This document shows, in pieces, positions 25,815-32,000 of a stretch of DNA of 32,000 bases (position 1 is the stretch's first letter; each line of letters starts with the position of its first letter). A program made the translations under genes and the position numbers. Source of the stretch: Formosa sp. Hel1_33_131 (GTDB taxonomy: Bacteria > Bacteroidota > Bacteroidia > Flavobacteriales > Flavobacteriaceae); assembly GCF_001735745.1 (NCBI RefSeq), contig NZ_CP017260.1, forward strand, positions 90,001 to 122,000, written 5' to 3'. Below the pieces are notes generated by a model. It was not told the origin of the DNA. It saw only the letters and a list, made by a program, of their open reading frames with translations, and did not search any database.

Positions 25815-27065
25815 ATGAAAAAATTAGTATATAGACAAGAATACATTGACAAACTACAGGCTTACAGAGATAAGGATATAATCAAAGTAGTTACGGGTTT
25901 ACGTCGTTCTGGAAAATCTACACTATTTGAATTGTACCGAAATGACTTAATTGAACTTGGTGTAAGTCAAGAACAGACACAGTTATATAATTTTGAATTA
26001 CCCGAGAACTTTCTTAATAAAACGTGGGAAACCATATATTTTGACATAAAATCAAAATTAAAAGAAGATAAAAATAATTATATATTCCTTGATGAAGTTC
26101 AAAATATTCCAAATTTTGAGAAGTTAGTTGATGGGCTATATGTTAATGAAAATGTCGATGTGTACATAACAGGTTCAAATGCATATTTACTTTCAAGCGA
26201 ATTGGCAACCTTATTAAGCGGCAGGTATATTGAAATTTCGATATTGCCATTTTCATTTTCGGAATACTTGAAAATTAGGGAGATTGATTATAGTAATAAG
26301 TATCTAAATTACGAGGCTTTATTTTTTGATTTCATTAATGAAACCTCATTGCCTAAAGGGGTTGAATTGCGAGATGAAGGTTATGACAAAATATACGAAT
26401 ATCTTGAAGCTGTATACACTACAATTATTGAAAAAGACATCACACAAAGACATAAGATTAATGATAAACGAGCTTTTAATAATGTTATAAGATTTGTAGC
26501 CTCAAATATTGGAAATCAAGTATCGCCCAGTAGTATATCAAAAGCATTAAAAGCTGATAATCAAAGTGTACATCATGCAACAGTCGAGAAGTTTATCAAT
26601 TATTTAGTACATAGTTTTGTTTTTTACTGTGTGCATCGTTTTGATATTAAAGGGAAGAAACAACTTGCAACACAGGAAAAATACTACCTTGTTGACTTAG
26701 GTCTTTTAAATGTCTTAGTAGGTCGAGATAGAACGTCAGATAAAGGACATATTCTTGAAAACATTGTATATCTTGAATTGCTAAGAAGAGGCTACAAAAT
26801 ATGGACTGGGACTTTGCGTAATGCAGAAGTAGATTTTATTGCAAAGAATCGAAATGGCGATATTGAATATTACCAAGTTGCGTGGGAGGTTTCTAATCCT
26901 GAGACTGAGAAACGTGAATTTGCATCTTTAGAAAAGGTTAAAGATAATTATCCAAAGTATTTGCTTTCAACAGAATCTTTTCCGCAGAATCGAAATGGTA
27001 TTGTCCATAAGAATGTTTTTGAATGGTTATTAAAGAATGAGAATTCAGAAAGAGCGAATGCATAA
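25815..27065 (+). CDS. AAA-superfamily ATPase (AAA_14-like) with a C-terminal DUF4143-like, restriction-endonuclease-fold-like domain
   Basis: Walker A GLRRSGKST and Walker B YIFLDEVQ. The C-terminal GHILENIVYLEL...AEVDFIA block resembles COG1373/DUF4143 proteins; 416 aa. Confidence 0.82.
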   Translation: MKKLVYRQEYIDKLQAYRDKDIIKVVTGLRRSGKSTLFELYRNDLIELGVSQEQTQLYNFELPENFLNKTWETIYFDIKSKLKEDKNNYIFLDEVQNIPNFEKLVDGLYVNENVDVYITGSNAYLLSSELATLLSGRYIEISILPFSFSEYLKIREIDYSNKYLNYEALFFDFINETSLPKGVELRDEGYDKIYEYLEAVYTTIIEKDITQRHKINDKRAFNNVIRFVASNIGNQVSPSSISKALKADNQSVHHATVEKFINYLVHSFVFYCVHRFDIKGKKQLATQEKYYLVDLGLLNVLVGRDRTSDKGHILENIVYLELLRRGYKIWTGTLRNAEVDFIAKNRNGDIEYYQVAWEVSNPETEKREFASLEKVKDNYPKYLLSTESFPQNRNGIVHKNVFEWLLKNENSERANA

Positions 27066-27067
27066 TA

Positions 27068-27086
27068 CCACCTAAACGTAATGTGG
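27068..27086. repeat. Degenerate third hairpin resembling the palindromic element (CCACCTAAACGTAATGTGG)
   Basis: CCAC/GTGG arms around a CTAAACG-type loop, 3 nt after the ATPase stop. The similarity to copies A and B is loose. Confidence 0.3.
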
Positions 27087-27314
27087 GGAGAGTGCTGGAT
27101 GAGTAGGTATTGCAAGAAATAGTGCCGCCATATCTTTGATTTGTTTTAGAAACGAGTAAATTTAAAAACAAAGTAAAACATTTGGCTATGTGGTAAACTG
27201 AGAGAGATTGTTCTATTTTCTCCCAACACTACGCTTAGCCTAACCGTTAACACTACAATTAAATCGTTTTTACTTTTCTCTTTTGCTACAAACAGTTTTA
27301 TAAAGTACCAATGT

Positions 27315-27344
27315 TTTATTATCCGTTTATTTCTAAAATCTAAT
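27315..27344 (+). repeat. Right copy of the 30-bp direct repeat (perfect core at 27325-27344)
   Basis: See the left copy. It lies 36 nt upstream of the HAD hydrolase ATG. Confidence 0.85.
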
Positions 27345-27379
27345 TGGCTCTATTTATTATCTTCGTAAAAAAAATAAGG

Positions 27380-28039
27380 ATGTTAAAAGCAGTACTTTTT
27401 GATATGGATGGCGTCATTGTAGATACCGAACCATTACACCATAAAGCTTATAAAATGATGTTTGATGATGTGGGAATCGATGTGTCTGAAACGATGTACC
27501 GAAGTTTTACGGGACAGTCCACAAGAGGCATCTGTGAGTTTCTTTGCAAGCACTTTGATTTAACGCTACTACCGATTGTTTTAGAAAAAGGCAAACGGGC
27601 GTATTTTACGAAATTATTTTTTGAAGATCCAGATTTGCAACTGCTTGAGGGTGTCGAAGATCTGATCAAAGATTACCATGCCAACGGATTAACGTTAGTA
27701 GTTGCTTCCTCGGCGTCTATGTTTACCATCAATAATGTGATGAAACGTTTTAAGTTGGATCTCTATTTTAAAGACAAGTTGAGCGGTGCCGATTTAAAAG
27801 CGTCCAAGCCACATCCCGAAATATTTAGTAATGCTGCCAAAGCTGCTGGGGTCTCTTCTTCAGAGTGTTTTGTGATTGAAGACTCTACCAATGGAATCAT
27901 TGCCGCAAAAGACGCCAACATCTTTTGTATAGCTTACAAAAGCGCAAATTCTAAAGATCAGGACTATACCAGAGCCGATATGCTAGTATCAGATTACAAT
28001 GACATTAAATTCGATAAAATTAAATCTATTTTTGACTAG
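27380..28039 (+). CDS. HAD-IA family hydrolase (beta-phosphoglucomutase/phosphatase-like)
   Basis: Motif I LFDMDGVIVDTE, motif II VASSA, a K in motif III, and motif IV EDSTNG. The ATG at 27380 is preferred; the track start at 27344 is TTG inside the repeat. Confidence 0.85.
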   Translation: MLKAVLFDMDGVIVDTEPLHHKAYKMMFDDVGIDVSETMYRSFTGQSTRGICEFLCKHFDLTLLPIVLEKGKRAYFTKLFFEDPDLQLLEGVEDLIKDYHANGLTLVVASSASMFTINNVMKRFKLDLYFKDKLSGADLKASKPHPEIFSNAAKAAGVSSSECFVIEDSTNGIIAAKDANIFCIAYKSANSKDQDYTRADMLVSDYNDIKFDKIKSIFD

Positions 28040-28041
28040 CT

Positions 28042-31000
28042 TTATTTCTTGAAATATTTCAAGTGTTTTCGGTAGGCAAACACAGCGATGATCGTGATTA
28101 CAATAAGTGAGGTTACGATATACGTAACGCTAATTTCTTGATCGTCTTTTGCGTAGGAATGCAATCCGGCAAGGTAAAAATTCACTCCAAAATACGTCAT
28201 CATAATACTTCCAAAGGCTAAAACAGAAGCCAGACTAAATCCAAAACGACTTCGCAATCCAGGAATCAAACGCATGTGAATCACAAACGCATAAATCATA
28301 ATACTGATCAGTGCCCACGTTTCTTTGGGGTCCCAACCCCAATAGCGTCCCCAACTTTCATTGGCCCACATACCCCCTAAGAAATTTCCAATGGTAAGCA
28401 TTACCAATCCAACGGTCAACGCCATCTCATTAATAATGGTCAATTCCTTGATGTTTAACGCCATCTTTTCCTTGTTTTTCGAAGTCGTTAGAATCATCAA
28501 TAAGAGTGTGATTAACCCTAAAATCATCCCTAATGTTAAGGGACCATAACTTCCTACAATGATGGCCACGTGAATCATTAACCAATAACTGTCTAAGACG
28601 GGCTGCAGGTTTCCGATGGAAGGATCCATCCAATTCCAGTGTGCAATCATCAAAATCATAGCGGTCACAAAAGCGGTGGATGCAAAGGTCAAATCGCTTT
28701 TAACTCCTAACATCACTCCAAAAGCCATCGTAGCCCAAGCCACATAAATCATAGATTCATAGGCGTCACTCCAAGGGGCATGACCAGAAATATACCAACG
28801 CACAATAAGCCCAGCAGTATGCAGTGCAAACAATCCTAAAATAGCGTATTTAAAAACTTTAACAGAGACGTTTATGTACTTACTGCGGTCTTTAAAAATC
28901 TGAACAATCAACAATAAAAACATCAAAACACCTGCATACATATAATACTCGAATAGTTTTTTGAAAATATCATAGCGGTTGTATAGAATTTCGGTTGCAA
29001 TTTTATCTTCAGAAATCGTGGTATCACCCCCAAATTTTATTTGCGTTTTCTTAATCGCATCTAATAATTGTTGGCTTTTAGAAAAATCCGTTTTTAAAAC
29101 CTTGTCATTTTGTAAGGTGGCCATATACGCCATAAACCCTGTTTTGATGAAATTGCCATAAAGAGAATCTTGTAGCTGGTAGGCGCCTTCTCTAAACTCA
29201 TTTGAAGAGACCCATTTATTGTTTTCATCGTCTGGAATTGGAAATAAACGCAAGCCGCTTCCATCTAGAGTATTAAATAATAAACTCACACGTTGATCTG
29301 TATCTTTAAATATTTTTTGAATGGCTGTAGGCACCTGCGCACTGTAAGCTTCATCCAAATAAGGTCCTAATTTATAATTTAATTTAGGGTCTAAAAAGTC
29401 CACCAAAGCCGCATATTTAGCAGTTTTTTCTAAGCCCAAAATGGTCCGAATGGTATCTGCCTTTTTAGCTTTTAAGAAAATAATTGGAACATTGTACCAG
29501 AGTTGTGGACTTTCTTGCATTGATAAAAACACTTGATTGGCATCAAAATCTTTATATACATCTTTTTTGCTCAGTTTCCGAAGCAATTCTGAAGCATAAG
29601 TGTTTACGGGTTTCATCCGTCCATCCGTATCTTGAATGACCAAATGCCCAAACCGATCTGCCTGACTAACTGGTGTGATATTCAGTTTTAAAATGGAATC
29701 TAATTGTATGGTGCTCGGACGTAAATTTTCATGATCCGATCCGTGCGACGTTTGTGCAACCCCATTAAAGGACATTAGAAACAAAACTAGCATCGCTAAT
29801 TTCGATTTCTTTTTCTTGATTTTATCGAGTTGATTGCGCAAGGATTCCATACGTGCATGTTTTGATAACAAGATCGCCATCAAACCAAAATACAATAAAT
29901 AGTAGCCCAAATAGGTAAACCAAGTCCCCCAATAATCATGATTGACAGATAAAATGGTTCCTTTTTCATCCGGATCAAAACTGGCTTGAAAAAACTTATA
30001 ACCACGGTGGTCCAAAATATTGTTCATATAAATGTGAAAATCGAAATCTTCTTCTTGAGCCTCCAAAACAGTGACTTTACTTTCAAAAGAGGCATAGCTT
30101 TTTTCGGTACCGGGATAGCGTTCCGCTATAAAATCATTGAGTTTAATTTCAAAAGGAAGGTCTAAAAGCTTCGATCCATATTTAAAATTAAATTCCAAAC
30201 CGCCCACTTCAATATCTTTAAACGGATTGTTAGAGCCCTTCCCTCCTAGCAATTTCAAAATTTTGGTGCTGCCATTAGCCGATATTTTCAAGGCAATACC
30301 ATCTTCGTCCCCTTTAAGCAATCTCGATTTTTTTACGACATCAAACGCACCTTTGACCACCGGTTTTGGAAACACAATCGCTTGATTTCCGATAATATAA
30401 CGCGAGCGCAATGCGAGTGGCTGAATACTGTCTTTTACCAAACGCCCTTGAACTCTAGTCGCCATGGTCATATATTCTCCTTCATAAGGAGATTGTATGG
30501 TCAATTCCGTTTCTGAATAGGTAATATTAATCGCGCCGTCTGTGGGTTTATTAAGCGCATACAACACATTGTGAATGCTGCTCACTTGTCCCAATTTCAG
30601 AAAGTGGTTGTGCGGGGCACCATCGCCCGCTTCTACAATTTTCAGGTAGTATTCGCCATCATCAGTGGGGACAATGTCTTCTTCTGCACCTCCAATAAAA
30701 TCAACCAATTCAATGGTAATAGGCGTTGTATCGTAAGAAGTTTTAAGAATGTATTTATTTGTAAGGCGAGGAGAAAAATCGACTTCATCTTCATGAACAC
30801 GACGCTGAAGCTGCCCGTTGATTTCAAAATCACCATCAATATACGTTGTTAAATATGTTTTTTGAGATAAAAATGTACTTTCAGTCGCTCCTTCTCTGAT
30901 GGACATCATGCCCTCAAATCCGTGGTAACGTGTCAAAAATGCTCCAAACAAAATAAATATAAACGATAAATGAAGTGTTAGCGTTGCCCATTTTTCTTTT

Positions 31001-31227
31001 CTCAACAGTCGGTATCTAAAAATATTTCCTGCAAAATTGATGATAAACACCACCATGATCGCTTCAAACCAAAGCGCATTGTAAATCAATGTTCGGGAGT
31101 ACGGGGTTGGAGAGGTACTTTGCCCCTGATCCATAAACGTTCCTACCGCCATGGAAATGGCAAAAACGATGAATAATGTCCCTGTTAAGCGGGTAGAAAA
31201 AAGTATATTTGTTAGTTTTTTTAGCAT
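28042..31227 (-). CDS. ccsA: Cytochrome c biogenesis system II protein, fused ResB(CcsB)-CcsA
   Basis: The N-terminal ResB-like TM region plus large soluble domain is joined to a C-terminal CcsA domain with the WWD heme-handling motif WGRYWGWDPKETWALI. The ATG at 31227 is preferred; the TTG at 31257 lies inside the -7 box. Confidence 0.85.
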   Translation of the reverse strand: MLKKLTNILFSTRLTGTLFIVFAISMAVGTFMDQGQSTSPTPYSRTLIYNALWFEAIMVVFIINFAGNIFRYRLLRKEKWATLTLHLSFIFILFGAFLTRYHGFEGMMSIREGATESTFLSQKTYLTTYIDGDFEINGQLQRRVHEDEVDFSPRLTNKYILKTSYDTTPITIELVDFIGGAEEDIVPTDDGEYYLKIVEAGDGAPHNHFLKLGQVSSIHNVLYALNKPTDGAINITYSETELTIQSPYEGEYMTMATRVQGRLVKDSIQPLALRSRYIIGNQAIVFPKPVVKGAFDVVKKSRLLKGDEDGIALKISANGSTKILKLLGGKGSNNPFKDIEVGGLEFNFKYGSKLLDLPFEIKLNDFIAERYPGTEKSYASFESKVTVLEAQEEDFDFHIYMNNILDHRGYKFFQASFDPDEKGTILSVNHDYWGTWFTYLGYYLLYFGLMAILLSKHARMESLRNQLDKIKKKKSKLAMLVLFLMSFNGVAQTSHGSDHENLRPSTIQLDSILKLNITPVSQADRFGHLVIQDTDGRMKPVNTYASELLRKLSKKDVYKDFDANQVFLSMQESPQLWYNVPIIFLKAKKADTIRTILGLEKTAKYAALVDFLDPKLNYKLGPYLDEAYSAQVPTAIQKIFKDTDQRVSLLFNTLDGSGLRLFPIPDDENNKWVSSNEFREGAYQLQDSLYGNFIKTGFMAYMATLQNDKVLKTDFSKSQQLLDAIKKTQIKFGGDTTISEDKIATEILYNRYDIFKKLFEYYMYAGVLMFLLLIVQIFKDRSKYINVSVKVFKYAILGLFALHTAGLIVRWYISGHAPWSDAYESMIYVAWATMAFGVMLGVKSDLTFASTAFVTAMILMIAHWNWMDPSIGNLQPVLDSYWLMIHVAIIVGSYGPLTLGMILGLITLLLMILTTSKNKEKMALNIKELTIINEMALTVGLVMLTIGNFLGGMWANESWGRYWGWDPKETWALISIMIYAFVIHMRLIPGLRSRFGFSLASVLAFGSIMMTYFGVNFYLAGLHSYAKDDQEISVTYIVTSLIVITIIAVFAYRKHLKYFKK

Positions 31228-31254
31228 CCTAAATTGGCTCGTTTTATTGAGTTG

Positions 31255-31262
31255 CAAAGGTA
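31255..31262 (-). promoter_or_regulatory. -7 box TACCTTTG upstream of ccsBA
   Basis: Exact TAnnTTTG match on the - strand, ~28 nt upstream of the ATG at 31227. Confidence 0.4.
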
Positions 31263-31379
31263 CTTATATTAATAGAAAAAGTCATTTATGTTTATCGGTT
31301 TTAACAGTAATTTAAATAAAAAATTGGCATTGGGTTCTTTAAACTTTCAAATGACCGATTACTTGTTTATTTTAGCTAA

Positions 31380-32000
31380 ATGATATCTGTCGTAATTTTA
31401 GGAGCTGGAAATGTAGGAACGCACTTGGTCAAGGCAATTCAAACCGCAGAAAACTTGAGTTTGGTTCAATGGTATTGTCGAGATCCGAAAGGAGTCAAGT
31501 CACCGATCAAAGACGTTGAATTGTGTCATGATTTAGAGCATTTAAAACTAGCGGATGTGTACATCATTGCCGTGAGTGATAAAGCCGTTTCCGATCTGTC
31601 CAAACAACTCCCTTTTGAAAATCGGTTGGTGGTTCATACTTCTGGAAGTGTGGCGATGAAACAGTTAGACATGAAACTCCGAAGAGGTGTTTTTTACCCG
31701 CTTCAAACATTTTCGTTGACTTCAGAAGTCGCGTTTTCAGACGTTCCATTCTGCATTGAAACAATGGAAAAAGAAGATTCAAAATTTCTTAAAAACTTAG
31801 CCATTGAAATGGGAAGTCCATCTTATATGATCAATACCGAGCAACGTCAAGCTTTGCATTTATCGGCGGTGTTTATCAATAATTTCTCCAATCAATTGTA
31901 TCGAATTGCACACGAGTTGTCCGATTTTAAAAGTATTAATTTTGATGTTTTAAAACCGTTAATTTTAGAGACTGCCAAAAAAGTACAATACATATCTCCT
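31380..32000 (+). CDS. Rossmann-fold protein, DUF2520-like; the 3' end lies outside the window
   Basis: Not in the ORF track because it runs off the window. My own translation from the ATG at 31380 gives MISVVILGAGNVGTHLVKAI... (GxGxxG dinucleotide fold) with no stop through 32000. Confidence 0.6.
   Translation, partial: MISVVILGAGNVGTHLVKAIQTAENLSLVQWYCRDPKGVKSPIKDVELCHDLEHLKLADVYIIAVSDKAVSDLSKQLPFENRLVVHTSGSVAMKQLDMKLRRGVFYPLQTFSLTSEVAFSDVPFCIETMEKEDSKFLKNLAIEMGSPSYMINTEQRQALHLSAVFINNFSNQLYRIAHELSDFKSINFDVLKPLILETAKKVQYISP

Larger units (their letters stand above)
25331..27344 (+). mobile_element. Putative inserted islet bounded by direct repeats and carrying one ATPase gene; no recombinase seen
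   Basis: Direct repeats 1,984 bp apart. The interior is AT-rich with its own promoter box and hairpin elements. Deleting the interior plus one repeat copy leaves a ~97-bp divergent intergenic region. Confidence 0.4.

Noticed and set aside
26938-27171. 77-aa ORF antisense to the 3' end of the ATPase gene
   Set aside because: It is a shadow ORF overlapping a well-supported CDS, with low-complexity sequence and no motif.
28361-30852. Several 60-93-aa ORFs on both strands inside ccsBA
   Set aside because: They are alternative-frame or antisense shadows of the long CcsBA reading frame.
19212-31240. The 8-mer ATTGGCTC on the + strand at 19212-19219, 27343-27350 and 31233-31240
   Set aside because: About one occurrence of any 8-mer is expected per window this size. 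Three copies without extended similarity are not convincing.
651-31257. N-terminal extensions in the ORF track that begin at TTG/GTG (651, 3659, 16525, 21198, 27344, 31257)
   Set aside because: In each case a nearby in-frame ATG gives an N-terminus that looks like the family norm (a signal peptide or conserved first motif). In three cases the extension overlaps a -7 box or the direct repeat.
31564-31782. 72-aa - strand ORF near the window end
   Set aside because: It is antisense to the DUF2520-like gene, which I translated from 31380 to 32000 without a stop and which has a clear GxGxxG N-terminus.
1-32000. CRISPR arrays, rRNA genes, IS elements, integrases, prophage genes
   Set aside because: I saw no regularly spaced repeats, rRNA-like sequence, or transposase/integrase-like ORF on either strand.

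Overview
This window looks like a low-GC chromosomal segment of Flavobacteriia-type Bacteroidota. That assignment is an inference from a PorQ-like T9SS gene, a fused CcsBA, BshB1, and many TAnnTTTG -7 promoter boxes. Most of it is core housekeeping. On the + strand: the tail of a 2-oxo acid dehydrogenase E1, NhaC, a peroxiredoxin/thioredoxin operon, DUF2071, cupin, a group III truncated globin, two tandem MsrB genes, DUF1572, Lpd, an M28 peptidase, a HAD hydrolase, and the start of a DUF2520 gene. On the - strand: rpsA, cmk, porQ-like, lon, an MFS transporter, an M48 peptidase, aroQ, three monocistronic outer-membrane beta-barrel genes, tRNA-His, bshB1, a Cys/Met PLP enzyme, and ccsBA. I saw no rRNA, CRISPR array, transposase or integrase. 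Three small AT-rich accessory patches stand out: (1) a ~2-kb single-gene islet carrying an AAA ATPase with a DUF4143-like tail, bracketed by a 30-bp direct repeat with a 20-bp perfect core; (2) a ParE/RelE-type toxin-antitoxin pair; (3) the DUF2071 gene. A ~27-nt palindromic element recurs next to the first two patches. I cannot support a large novel multi-gene system here. The repeat-bounded ATPase islet and the exported 1-Cys MsrB paired with a cytoplasmic 2-Cys MsrB are the best leads. All functional calls come from motif recognition by eye, and no database search was run.
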